This document shows positions 10,667-20,298 of a DNA stretch of 64,000 nucleotides, piece after piece (position 1 is the first letter of the stretch; every line of letters starts with the position of its first letter). The stretch is taken from contig JBGTHM010000005.1 of NCBI GenBank assembly GCA_041746255.1, forward strand, positions 32,001 to 96,000. The letters run 5' to 3'. The notes under the pieces are model-generated. The model did not search any database. It saw only the letters and a list, made by a program, of their open reading frames with translations, and was not told where the DNA came from. Made by a program: the position numbers and the translations under genes. Source of the DNA: Fibrobacteria bacterium. Its GTDB lineage: Bacteria; Fibrobacterota; Fibrobacteria; UBA11236.

Positions 10667-11500
10667 ATGTCGTATCTACAGTTTAAATTTGGAATTGTCT
10701 TCACTTCCCTGGCACTATTCAACGCGCCTGCAACAGCAAGTTGCGGCCTGCAATTCTGCCCTCTTCCGACTCCTGAAACCGAATCGAAATGGAAGGTGGG
10801 ACTCACCTCGGAGCTGACCGGATTTGATTTTGCTTATGGAATGGGTACCTACCTGACGACATTGCCTCGCGTGCAATACCGTCCGGTACCTGCTGTTTTA
10901 CTCAGCCTGCATATTCCCGTCACCTTTCTGGATATATACGGCGAATCCGATGCGTTCGGCTTGGGAAACCCCTTTGTCCAAGGCGAATACCGACTTAATC
11001 TGGCTTTAACCCATTCGCTATCCTTCGGCGCGCAACTGGAAATCCCTTTGGGAGACCATAGCGCGGGATTAGCAGACGATCATTTCATGCTCCTTCCTTT
11101 TGTGACTTATGTGGGTTTTGGGGGTAATCTCAAATGGGCCTTGCAAACGGGCTGGGCCCAATCTTTGTCCGGGCATCATGACCACGCGGAAAGCCAGGTC
11201 TATGTGCGTCCGCATTCTGAAAGGGAATGGGTTTTTAACGCGGTGGCCGGTTACCTTATTTCCTTATGGAACTTAGAGCCCCAGTTCGGAATCGATGGAC
11301 AAATACCTGTGGCGGATAACCATGATCATGGTCCCGGACTTGTGAGTGAAGGTGAGAGCGAAGAGGCCCGACTCTTCGGATTCACCGCTCTGGCCATCGA
11401 TGTTGCGGGAACCCGTTTTTCCCCAGGTTTCAAATGGCCTCTGACCCGGGCGAGAAATCTCGATTGGAGCCTCTTCGTGAAAATCGATCGGGAACTCTGA
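10667..11500 (+). CDS. Hypothetical outer-membrane beta-barrel with His-rich loops
   Basis: Signal peptide then SCGLQFCP; GLGNP and LEIPLG motifs as in MetA-pathway-type barrels; GHHDH and NHDH loops. Confidence 0.6.
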   Translation: MSYLQFKFGIVFTSLALFNAPATASCGLQFCPLPTPETESKWKVGLTSELTGFDFAYGMGTYLTTLPRVQYRPVPAVLLSLHIPVTFLDIYGESDAFGLGNPFVQGEYRLNLALTHSLSFGAQLEIPLGDHSAGLADDHFMLLPFVTYVGFGGNLKWALQTGWAQSLSGHHDHAESQVYVRPHSEREWVFNAVAGYLISLWNLEPQFGIDGQIPVADNHDHGPGLVSEGESEEARLFGFTALAIDVAGTRFSPGFKWPLTRARNLDWSLFVKIDREL

Positions 11501-11637
11501 AAGGTGCGACCTTGAAGCACCCTTGAGGATCAATCAAGCTCCAGCTAAAGCATTACAAAAGGCAGACAAAAAGGCTGGGAATGCAACTGATGGAATTGTC
11601 GGGGTGAGCCTTCCGAGGGCCGGGCCTGATTTTTTCA

Positions 11638-11738
11638 CTATACTCAATTTGCGGATAGCTATTTTGGGTAAAATTCGGCAAAATTGGGGCTATTCTGGCG
11701 ATTCTGGCTTGTTTTGCGTGTACTCAAAAAGAGTATAG
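11638..11738. mobile_element. MITE-like repeat, copy 1
   Basis: Ends CTATACTCAA...AAGAGTATAG are inverted repeats; aligns without gaps to 38435-38535. Confidence 0.65.
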
Positions 11739-11790
11739 CGGAAAAAATGGAACCCCAACACCCCATGGCTTAACAAGATCGCCGCTCCGC

Positions 11791-12735
11791 TTAACAATAC
11801 CGCCGCACCAATTCCGAAAATCCCGTGTCCAAATGCTCCGCTACCCAAGCAGGCGTAATCTCCTGCTTGAGAAAACGGTGCTCAACCGAATTGTACCAAT
11901 GCACCACCGAAGTCTCGGACCGCAATAGTTCCGAAACTTGCCGAGCGGTGCCGGGGAAAAACCAATGGTTGGAGATTTCCGGGCCCAAGGGAAAGAAATG
12001 CCCGCTGGGAAGCAAAGTGAAATCATCACGCGATCGATTTTCCGTCATTTCCTGTAAGAGGTGCGTTCCCAGGCGAAAGCGCCGCAATCTATCCTTTTCC
12101 GGAATTGATCCCAAGGCTGCGAAGCATTCCGCCAAAAAGGGATGGCCCGCTTCCGCGCCCAACACCGCGTTGTTGGCGGCCTGAAAATAAAACCTTTCCA
12201 GAAAACGGAATCCACGCCATCCGGAAGGCATGCGCGCCAACACCTCGCGCATACCCAGGCGCGCGCCCGCCAGCGGCCACTTCCCCGGGTTTTTCCACTT
12301 TCGAAATTGAGCGGGAAATACCACGGTTTCCATCCCCGCGAAACCCCGCAAATCGCGAAGCGGAGAAAGGTCGCGCACCGTTATGGTATCGCAGTCGAGA
12401 TAAATCCCTCCGACTTGATACAAAATCGCCAAGCGCAATAAGTTCGCCTTGGACGCGGGAGAGGCGCTGCGCGCATACAATTCCCGCGCGAGATCTCCGC
12501 CTTCGGGCAAACCTTCAAACCACCGTCCATCCGCCTTTTCCACTTTCAGTTCCGGCCACGCAGCGATATCATCCAGTCCATCTATTTGCGAACTAACCAT
12601 CGCCTCCGGATTACCCGCAAGGAAAAGAATTTCATCAGGACGACACTGCTTTCGAGCCGACCTTAAAGCCAGCTTGCAGGCATAGGGGAAACGATTCCCA
12701 AACCAGATGAAAATAAGGCGATTGGGAACACTCAT
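11791..12735 (-). CDS. GT32-type DXD glycosyltransferase
   Basis: IFIWFG, ANLLRLAILYQVGGIYLDCD, NNAVLGA..GHPF, VVHWY. Confidence 0.85.
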   Translation of the reverse strand: MSVPNRLIFIWFGNRFPYACKLALRSARKQCRPDEILFLAGNPEAMVSSQIDGLDDIAAWPELKVEKADGRWFEGLPEGGDLARELYARSASPASKANLLRLAILYQVGGIYLDCDTITVRDLSPLRDLRGFAGMETVVFPAQFRKWKNPGKWPLAGARLGMREVLARMPSGWRGFRFLERFYFQAANNAVLGAEAGHPFLAECFAALGSIPEKDRLRRFRLGTHLLQEMTENRSRDDFTLLPSGHFFPLGPEISNHWFFPGTARQVSELLRSETSVVHWYNSVEHRFLKQEITPAWVAEHLDTGFSELVRRYC

Positions 12736-13919
12736 GCCGCTGCGGGTTTCCCCGTTATCTCGTGGTAAAGGTCTACCTCATGCGAAAAACAATTGTCCCA
12801 AGTCAAACCCTGGGAGTATTCCATGGCAAGCCGGGATTTCTCCGCTTTATCCGAACTGTGATATAATTTCACTATCGCTTCAACCAAAGCTTCGGCGTCG
12901 GAAACCGGTATTACGATACCCGCGCCCGACTTCTCGATATGTTCGCGGGCAGCACCTAGATTGGCGCCGACCAGAACCTGTCCCGAGGCCATGGCTTCCA
13001 AAATGGATAGGCCGAAAGTTTCCCAACCGCTCAAAGCCAAACCCATTTCACAGGACGCATACCAAACGGCCATATCCTTGGGATCGCGCACGAATCCGAT
13101 ATAGCGCACATGCGCATGCTTAATCGCGGCTTGTTCCACCAACTCCAAATCCGGCCCAGTGCCCGCGAAAACCACGGCGGGCTCATGCCCCAGGCGTCGG
13201 CATAACTCCGGATAGGCTTTCAGGAAGGTTCGTAAACCTTTTTCTTCCATGAAACGATGGCCGAAAAAAATCGTGAGGCGCTCGGGCAGCCCGGCCTTCA
13301 GCTCTCGTACCCTCGCCTCGCTGCGACGCTGCGGGCTGAAACTCTCCGTATCCACCCCCAAGGGCACATACTGCAGGTTTCGCATGCCGCGCTCGCGCAT
13401 ACGCTCGAGTATGAAACGGCTGGGCACGAAAATCCCGTGCATGCGATTGTAGTGAAGGCGGGCATAACTCCACGCCAGCGACTCGAACAGTTTACCCGCG
13501 AAGTTTCCGAAGCGCGCGAAAAAGCGGCCCACATAGGTTACGGGAAAATCCGCATGCCAAAACCCCACCACCTTGGGCTGCCATGATAAACCGCGCAAGG
13601 CACGCCGCACCATGAAGGGCATGATATACGGCGAACCGATTTCGATGACGTCTGGGCGATGTTTTTCGATCACCTCGCGTAATAACCTGCTTTTCAGGAC
13701 AAAACGGTATTCCCAATTTCCGGGAGCTTTGAACGCGGGAACATGCTCGATCACCGTATGCGCGTCCAATGCTTCGGTGCGGCGATGGTTGTCGGGCATG
13801 AGAAAAACATAATGGATAGCCGGATGCTTACGGAAGTAGTCCAGCTTCTGTAAATGATAGCGCCGCACGCCGCCACCGGAAGGGCTCCAGAAATTATTGC
13901 AATCGAGGATGGAAAGCAT
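12732..13919 (-). CDS. GT4 glycosyltransferase
   Basis: SGGGVRRY, PDVIEIGSPY, PLGVD, ETFGLSILEAMASG; ATGA overlap with the GT32 gene. Confidence 0.93.
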   Translation of the reverse strand: MLSILDCNNFWSPSGGGVRRYHLQKLDYFRKHPAIHYVFLMPDNHRRTEALDAHTVIEHVPAFKAPGNWEYRFVLKSRLLREVIEKHRPDVIEIGSPYIMPFMVRRALRGLSWQPKVVGFWHADFPVTYVGRFFARFGNFAGKLFESLAWSYARLHYNRMHGIFVPSRFILERMRERGMRNLQYVPLGVDTESFSPQRRSEARVRELKAGLPERLTIFFGHRFMEEKGLRTFLKAYPELCRRLGHEPAVVFAGTGPDLELVEQAAIKHAHVRYIGFVRDPKDMAVWYASCEMGLALSGWETFGLSILEAMASGQVLVGANLGAAREHIEKSGAGIVIPVSDAEALVEAIVKLYHSSDKAEKSRLAMEYSQGLTWDNCFSHEVDLYHEITGKPAAA

Positions 13920-13954
13920 TTAGGCGGACCGGTAGGGATAAGGGCGCAGGGTAT

Positions 13955-14836
13955 TCAAATGGAAAGGTGCCCGTCGATGCAGGTTATGCAATAGCCGCCG
14001 ATGCGGATGGACTCGGTATTCGCATCCACTTCCACATCCACGAAACCGTTGCGCCCCAACTCAACCCCTTGGTTGGCCCTGTAAGCGTGGCCGGTTTCAT
14101 CCAAAAGGCGCGCATGCAGGAGGTAGGCGCCTACCGCGGCGTTGCCGCTGCCGCAAGTCGGGTTTTCCGGTATGCCCACCTCGGGAGCGAATGTACGCAA
14201 GTATACGGCATGGCTTTCCGCCTCAGATAGGGAAAATACGGTAACACCTCCGGTACCGGCCTCCCGGCTGAGGGCGGAAATGCTTTCCAGGGAAGGTTGT
14301 ACTTCGTGTACTGCTTTTTCGGAAGCGAGGCGCATGACCAGCCATTGCGCCCCGACGTTGATGATGCGGGCGCCTTCGCCCTCAATTCCAATCGCTCCCA
14401 GGGCGGCTCCCACGCGTCGGGACAATTCCACTCCCACCCTGCTCACCTTGGGTTGCGGAACCTGCACCGAAATTTTTCGCTCCGATCCTTCTCCGTTGAT
14501 GTGCAGTTCCAAAAGACCGGCTTGACATTCTTGCATCAGCCGGGTTTTTCCGGAAAGGCTTGCATCGCTTTCCAGCAGAGCATGCGCGCTTCCCAGCGTG
14601 GGATGGCCCGCGAAAGGCAATTCTCCCCGGGGAGTGAAAATACGTAATCGGTAATCCGCCCCGCTTCGGGAGGGGGGAAGCACAAAGGTGGTGGAGGTTA
14701 TACCCGTCCAACCGGCGATGCGCTGCATATCTTGAGTGGAAAGATCCTGAGCGCCCAATACCACGGCGACCGGATTGCCCTGATAGGGTTGTCGGGTGAA
14801 AACATCGACCTGTTTGAAAGGAAAGCGCTTAATCAT
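13955..14836 (-). CDS. PhzF family isomerase
   Basis: QVDVFT...GNPVAVV, RIFTPRGELPFAGHPTLG, PENPTCGSGN. Confidence 0.92.
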   Translation of the reverse strand: MIKRFPFKQVDVFTRQPYQGNPVAVVLGAQDLSTQDMQRIAGWTGITSTTFVLPPSRSGADYRLRIFTPRGELPFAGHPTLGSAHALLESDASLSGKTRLMQECQAGLLELHINGEGSERKISVQVPQPKVSRVGVELSRRVGAALGAIGIEGEGARIINVGAQWLVMRLASEKAVHEVQPSLESISALSREAGTGGVTVFSLSEAESHAVYLRTFAPEVGIPENPTCGSGNAAVGAYLLHARLLDETGHAYRANQGVELGRNGFVDVEVDANTESIRIGGYCITCIDGHLSI

Positions 14837-15839
14837 TACGGCCTTTGGCGCTTGCCATCCACTTTTCCCAGGCCGTAACCATGCGGTCCATGGCCCCATC
14901 GAATTCCTTATCCAACACACGTCTTTCCGGCGAGGCGTCAAACCAGGCTACCGCATCCCGCGCCGCCGTTTTAAAGGAGGTGGTACAGGTGAATTTCGGA
15001 ACCAAACTCTTGATCTTGGAATTATCGAAAATAACGCTATGCGCCTTGTCGCCCAAAAGGCCGCCTCCCGTCTTGGGATCAAAAGCCGCGATGATCTCCG
15101 AAGGCAAGTGGACAATGGGTGGCTCGACTCCCGCCGCCTCACCCAGGAGGGTATAGATTTGATTCCAATTGAGAAGTTCGTCGGAGGTGATATGAAAAGC
15201 CTCTCCGATGGCGCGCGCATTGCCCAGGAGCCCCACGAAGCCGCGGGCGAAATCACTATTATGGGTCAGCACCCAAATGGAAGTACCGTCGCCGTGCACC
15301 ACGATCTTTTTACCCCGGCGCATTCGATCGATAACGGAATAACCGCCCGGAACGGGCATCATTCCTGGTCCATAAGTATGCGAAGGCCTCACAATGGTAA
15401 CCGGAAAGCCGCTTTCTTTATGGTAGCGAAGCAATGCCTTTTCGCAATCGGTCTTGTCCTGGGCATATTTCCAATAGGGGTGGCCGATGGGCATATCCTC
15501 GGAGATAGGCAATTTGTTGACCGGCTTGGAGTAAACCGAAGCGGAACTGATGAAAATGTATTGCCGGGTACGCTCGCGGAAGAGTTCATAGTCGGTGCGC
15601 ACATGCTCGGGCGTGAAAGCTATCCAATCCACCACGGCGTCGAAAGACAGGCCGTCCAGCTTCGCGCGCACGGAACCGGGATCGCGGATGTCCGCGACGA
15701 TTTGTTTGACGCCGGGAACCGACTGCGCTGATTTGCCGCGATTGAGGTGATACAAATCGATTCCCTGGGCCAAAGCCTCACGGGAGCAAGCGGTGCTGAT
15801 AACCCCGGTACCTCCAATAAACAAAACCTTTAATGCCAT
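14829..15839 (-). CDS. NAD-dependent epimerase/dehydratase (extended SDR)
   Basis: IGGTGVIS Rossmann motif, YIFISSASVY, YAQDK (YxxxK), IVRPSHTY. Confidence 0.92.
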   Translation of the reverse strand: MALKVLFIGGTGVISTACSREALAQGIDLYHLNRGKSAQSVPGVKQIVADIRDPGSVRAKLDGLSFDAVVDWIAFTPEHVRTDYELFRERTRQYIFISSASVYSKPVNKLPISEDMPIGHPYWKYAQDKTDCEKALLRYHKESGFPVTIVRPSHTYGPGMMPVPGGYSVIDRMRRGKKIVVHGDGTSIWVLTHNSDFARGFVGLLGNARAIGEAFHITSDELLNWNQIYTLLGEAAGVEPPIVHLPSEIIAAFDPKTGGGLLGDKAHSVIFDNSKIKSLVPKFTCTTSFKTAARDAVAWFDASPERRVLDKEFDGAMDRMVTAWEKWMASAKGRND

Positions 15840-15943
15840 AAAACGTCCTTTCACGCCGAATTCGGCCAATTTCCTCAGGAGGCGCCCGGGAACTCCATTC
15901 CGGGATTAAATTTAAAATTCATTCGCCCGAATCGGAGGCATCC

Positions 15944-16723
15944 TTGTCCGTTACCGCTGAACCCACCGTTTTCGCATGGCTCAACAATTCCTGGACTATC
16001 GGGATTGGCGGAGGCATTGTCAGCGGAATCATCGTTACCGGGGTAACGAATTGGCTTATCGGCGCCAAACAGAAAAAGGAATATCGCGGCCGGGTTCAGG
16101 CGGCCGATCAGGAAATAATGGCGACCATCCGGCCGTCGGTGGCTGAAAAAACCTTTCCGCCTTTTTCCGTCATCGAATCGCTGATGCGTTCCACCGCGAA
16201 CAAATATGCGGTGCGATACGCCGACCTGATGGGTGTAAACGCCATTTGCAACAACATCATCAAAGAAATCATGGACAATGTTTTTTTGTCGGTGCAGCAA
16301 AAGAAAAACTTTTGCGAATTGGTAACGAATTTAAGAAACCGGGAGTCGCTGGAACATAAATCGCGCCATCCCCATGATTCCACCCATGCGCCCAAGCGCG
16401 AGGTTTCGCATGCCGCCGGACTTACCATGGGATTCGCAGCGGCCGCTATCAGCCTGTTCCTGTCTCTGCGTCCCGAACTCACCACCATGATAGCCGGTAT
16501 CAGCGAACAGGGACGATTACCTTCGTGGCTCGGAATCATTGGAGTAACCTTGATGATTCCTCTGCTCCATTTTCTGGTCTTCACCCGTTCCCACGCCCGA
16601 CGGAAAAAGGAGGCCGCTTTGGAAAACCTGGCTAAATTGCAACAGGAAAAGCAAGATGCCCATAAAGCCGTCACCAAAACCATGCGAAAAATCAGGAGAG
16701 CCGAAATCCGCAAGACCCCCTAG
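15944..16723 (+). CDS. Hypothetical membrane protein (3 predicted TM segments)
   Basis: Fills the gap between genes; N-terminal TM, helical soluble domain, two TMs, basic tail; TTG start after GGAGG. Confidence 0.7.
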   Translation: MSVTAEPTVFAWLNNSWTIGIGGGIVSGIIVTGVTNWLIGAKQKKEYRGRVQAADQEIMATIRPSVAEKTFPPFSVIESLMRSTANKYAVRYADLMGVNAICNNIIKEIMDNVFLSVQQKKNFCELVTNLRNRESLEHKSRHPHDSTHAPKREVSHAAGLTMGFAAAAISLFLSLRPELTTMIAGISEQGRLPSWLGIIGVTLMIPLLHFLVFTRSHARRKKEAALENLAKLQQEKQDAHKAVTKTMRKIRRAEIRKTP

Positions 16724-16930
16724 GCAGGGAATATCCGGATGCAAGCAGGTTGAGAGGATGTTGAAAATGCCATCTTGTTTGCCAGTTCGGCAAAAGTCGA
16801 GCCGCCAGCAGCGGCAGGCATCCTTACCCCAAAGGGTATAATATCGATTGCACCCTGAATATCCGCTTTTGCGCCGTTACCCCTGCTTGGCTCGGTCCTT
16901 GCTGTTATAGGTAAGAATAGAGGGGTTCTT

Positions 16931-17140
16931 ATGGAAATGCAGCAGCGGATTTTTCTGGAGAGCGGCGCGGTTGTCGCCCTACTCACCGCAGCTTTACTGG
17001 TTATGGTTTTCGTCCAGCTGGGAGCCTCGACTTGGTCCCTACCCAACGCCGCTAATACCCAGAAAACATCCCTGCTGCAAATCCAATCCGCCTATCAGAG
17101 CAGCGTCCCGCTCAATAACCAAGCCGCCACCGTGAAATAA
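16931..17140 (+). CDS. Possible small single-TM protein
   Basis: GAGGGG RBS and one hydrophobic helix, but the 3' end overlaps the end of mgtE by 46 bp. Confidence 0.35.
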   Translation: MEMQQRIFLESGAVVALLTAALLVMVFVQLGASTWSLPNAANTQKTSLLQIQSAYQSSVPLNNQAATVK

Positions 17141-18507
17141 AGGAAAACGCCGGCAACATCCACCAGGGTGGCGACAAAAGGCGTCGACGAGGTGGCGGGA
17201 TCGGCTCCCAATCGACGCATGATAAAAGGGAGCATGGCCCCGAAAATCGTTCCCAGCATGACCACTCCCACCAAAGTCGCTCCCACCGTCAGGCCGATAC
17301 GGAACCAATGTTCGCCATAGCTCTCGAAAAGGCGCTCCCATAGAAAAACCCGGAACATGCCGATCGCGCCCAGAATCAGGCCCAAGCAAAGCCCCGTAAT
17401 GATTTCCCGCTTGAATACCCGCGACCAGTCGCGTAAACGCACCTCGCCCACAGCCATGGCGCGCACGATAAGCGCGGCGGTTTGCGATCCGCTATTGCCG
17501 CCGCTGGCGATGATGAGGGGAAGGAACAATGCCAATACCACGGCCTGCGCCAGCAGCTCTTCGTAATGGGCCATGGCGGTAATCGTCAGCATCTGGCCCA
17601 CGAAAAGCACGATAAGCCAGCGGACTCTTTTCTGCATGAGCGTTACCACCGGCGTACTCATATAGGGGTCGTCGAGGGCTTCGGAACCACCCATCATCTG
17701 AATATCTTCCGTGGCTTCCTCTTCGGCCACTTCCAGCACGTCGTCGATGGTAACGATGCCTAAAAGGGCTCCGCTAGAGTCCGTAACCGGAAGCGCCGTT
17801 CTATCGCTGTTCTTGAAGACGCGGATGGCGTCTTCCTGGGGGTCGGTCGCTTGCAGGGATAAAAAGCGCCTGTCGATCAAATCCGCGATTTTGGAATCCG
17901 GATCGGTTAGAATCAATTCCCGCATGCGAATATCATCGATGAGGTGAAAATCGCGATCGACGACATAGATGACGTTCAAAGTCTCGCTATCGCGGCCGAA
18001 GCGACGAATATGGTCCAGCGCCTGATGCAGGGTCCATTCGGGCAGCACGGCCACGTAATCGGGCGTCATGAGCCGTCCGATACTGTCTTCGGGGTATCCC
18101 AGCAAAGTATCGGCGACGCGTCTTTCACTGGGCGAGAGCAGACCCAGTAACCTTTGGGTAACCGGGGCCGGCAATTCCTCCAACAGGGCGGTGCGATCGT
18201 CGGGCGACATCTCATTCAGCAGGTCGGCCAGCCGCGTTTTGTTCTTGGCAATTGATTCCAGCAAATCCTGCTGCCGGTCGGAATCGAGGTATTCGAATAC
18301 CCGCGTCGCGGATTCGCGCGGCAACAGGCGGAAAAAAATCACGTCCTCGCCTTCGGGCAGGGAACGGATCAAATCGGCGAGCTCGGTGGGCGCCCAACCG
18401 GCCACGGCGCGCCGGAGATTGCGGTAGTCGCGCGCCTGAATCATTTCTTCGATTTCCGGCTGAATCAGCCGACCCAGCATTTCCTGGCTTTCGCGAGTCT
18501 CTTCCAT
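17095..18507 (-). CDS. mgtE: Magnesium transporter
   Basis: YPEDSIGRLMT, CBS pair, GGNSGSQ, DPATSSTPFVATLVDV. Confidence 0.97.
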   Translation of the reverse strand: MEETRESQEMLGRLIQPEIEEMIQARDYRNLRRAVAGWAPTELADLIRSLPEGEDVIFFRLLPRESATRVFEYLDSDRQQDLLESIAKNKTRLADLLNEMSPDDRTALLEELPAPVTQRLLGLLSPSERRVADTLLGYPEDSIGRLMTPDYVAVLPEWTLHQALDHIRRFGRDSETLNVIYVVDRDFHLIDDIRMRELILTDPDSKIADLIDRRFLSLQATDPQEDAIRVFKNSDRTALPVTDSSGALLGIVTIDDVLEVAEEEATEDIQMMGGSEALDDPYMSTPVVTLMQKRVRWLIVLFVGQMLTITAMAHYEELLAQAVVLALFLPLIIASGGNSGSQTAALIVRAMAVGEVRLRDWSRVFKREIITGLCLGLILGAIGMFRVFLWERLFESYGEHWFRIGLTVGATLVGVVMLGTIFGAMLPFIMRRLGADPATSSTPFVATLVDVAGVFLYFTVAAWLLSGTLL

Positions 18508-19181
18508 TACCGTCCGCCTTTCCCAGCCTCGGATATACCCGCCGCTATTTCGGCGAACAAGTCCTTCACGGCCGCTTCTACATCGACGGCCAGACTGATT
18601 TCCGTCACCATGGCCACCGTTGTCGCCCCGCGCGCGAAGAGTTCCCGCACATGGCGTTTTTTAATACCACCCATCGTGGTGAAAGGAAAGGCGCTCAGCC
18701 GCGCGAGCTCGAAAACCTGATCGGGCCCGAGTGCGGGATAGCCTGCATGATCCTTGGTCTCAGTCGGAAACATCGGTCCGATATTGATATAATCGACCGG
18801 CTGGGTCGCCGCCGCCAGGACCTCTTCGCGATTGTGCGTCGAGAATCCGATTATAGCCTGAGGCCCCAACAGCCGCCGCGCCTCCACGGGCGGCATATCG
18901 TCCTGCCCCAAATGCACCCCATCGGCGCCGATACGTCGGGCTATTTCCACCCTGTCGTCCACGATAAGGAGAGCCCCTTTTCTTCGGCACAGGGCAAGCA
19001 CCTGGCGGGCTTCCGCCTCAAAATCCGGTTCTTTCGCACTTTTATCGCGATATTGGACGAAACTGACTCCCGCATCAAGAGCGGCCGCAATCAAATCGGA
19101 ATTCCTGCGCCCGCCGGTGAGGCGCTCGTCGGTGACGAAATACAGGGGGTGGTTTTCCAATTTAAACACTGCCGCGCCCAT
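18507..19181 (-). CDS. thiE: Thiamine-phosphate synthase
   Basis: VQYRDK, IVDDRV, DGVHLGQDD, GFSTH, FPTETK, MGGI. Confidence 0.95.
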   Translation of the reverse strand: MGAAVFKLENHPLYFVTDERLTGGRRNSDLIAAALDAGVSFVQYRDKSAKEPDFEAEARQVLALCRRKGALLIVDDRVEIARRIGADGVHLGQDDMPPVEARRLLGPQAIIGFSTHNREEVLAAATQPVDYINIGPMFPTETKDHAGYPALGPDQVFELARLSAFPFTTMGGIKKRHVRELFARGATTVAMVTEISLAVDVEAAVKDLFAEIAAGISEAGKGGR

Positions 19182-19300
19182 CTTTAAATGGCCTCAAAGT
19201 TAATCGGGTCCCAGCGGGACGCCAAGGCATGTTAACGATGAGTTCGAGAGACCGTGAAGTTTTATATTAAATTCCGGGTCATCGAACAGGAGAATTAATC

Positions 19301-19615
19301 ATGGACAAGACCTTGCCCTCCGGCTTCAGCGAATTGCTTTCCACCCACGACAAACCCATACTCGTGGATTTTTGGGCCGATTGGTGCCAGCCCTGCCACA
19401 TGGTATCACCGGTGGTGAAACAACTCGCCCAGGATTGGAGGGGACGGTTAACCGTTATCAAAATCAACACGGAGGAGAAGCCCGCCCTCTCCCAACAGCA
19501 CAAAATCAACAGCCTCCCCACCTTGGTCCTGTTCAAAGCGGGCAAGGAGGCGCATCGCGTCAGCGGAGCCCTCCCCTTGGCCCAACTGAAAAATGAATTC
19601 GAAAAATTCCTATAA
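19301..19615 (+). CDS. trxA: Thioredoxin
   Basis: VDFWADWCQPC, SLPTL; AGGAG RBS. Confidence 0.9.
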   Translation: MDKTLPSGFSELLSTHDKPILVDFWADWCQPCHMVSPVVKQLAQDWRGRLTVIKINTEEKPALSQQHKINSLPTLVLFKAGKEAHRVSGALPLAQLKNEFEKFL

Positions 19616-19645
19616 CCCGTAAGCCAATCCTTCGAGGCCTCTGAA

Positions 19646-20281
19646 CTATCCGGTCGACGCGAGTCGACTCAACCATTCGGGGTAAGAAGCCGGTTGCGCG
19701 GATGCGGCTTCAAAAGGCGGGGAAGTTTTCGAAAGGAGCAGGGATGCGGCCCTTTCCAGGCCCTCCTGGCGCAGACCCTCTTCACCGAAAGCCTCCAGGC
19801 CCAGGGTCCAACCTCGATGCCCGCGAACGTGCAAGGCGGTCAACTCCATCAAGCAGCCATTTTCGATATGGGAACCGGGTTCCTTTTCACGGTTTTCATC
19901 CAGGGAGAAGAGGCGCGCCCGGCGTTTTTTCTCTACCGCCATCCAATCGCCCTCTCTATGCGAACGCAGGAGCTGAACCGCCTCGGAGTGAGCCATAGAC
20001 CATTTCACCCACTCTTCCTTATTGCCCAAAAGACCCAAAGGCCAATCCGTTGCTATGGGAGAGCCCCGAAGCGCTTTGATTTCGAATCGGCCTTCGCGCA
20101 CCTTAGCCCCCAGGGTTTTACAACCGGGTAAAACCAGATAGTCGTCGGTTCGCTCCCCCTCGTTTCGGGCCAGTCCCTGAGGATCGAACCACTGCCACAT
20201 TTCGGCGGGTATTTCCCCTGAAAAAAACCAGCGGATTTCGCTGGTGAAATAATACGCAGGTTTAAATTCGGGCAAGGTCAT
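19646..20281 (-). CDS. CYTH-like (triphosphate tunnel) hypothetical protein
   Basis: SEIRWF, RTDDYL, GAKVREGRFEIK, VEKKR, CLMELT, WTLGLEA. Confidence 0.65.
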   Translation of the reverse strand: MTLPEFKPAYYFTSEIRWFFSGEIPAEMWQWFDPQGLARNEGERTDDYLVLPGCKTLGAKVREGRFEIKALRGSPIATDWPLGLLGNKEEWVKWSMAHSEAVQLLRSHREGDWMAVEKKRRARLFSLDENREKEPGSHIENGCLMELTALHVRGHRGWTLGLEAFGEEGLRQEGLERAASLLLSKTSPPFEAASAQPASYPEWLSRLASTG

Positions 20282-20298
20282 GCCTGCAAAATAACCTA

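Noticed and set aside
19182..19300. TPP riboswitch upstream of thiE
   Set aside because: No CUGAGA core motif; the short region is shared with trxA.
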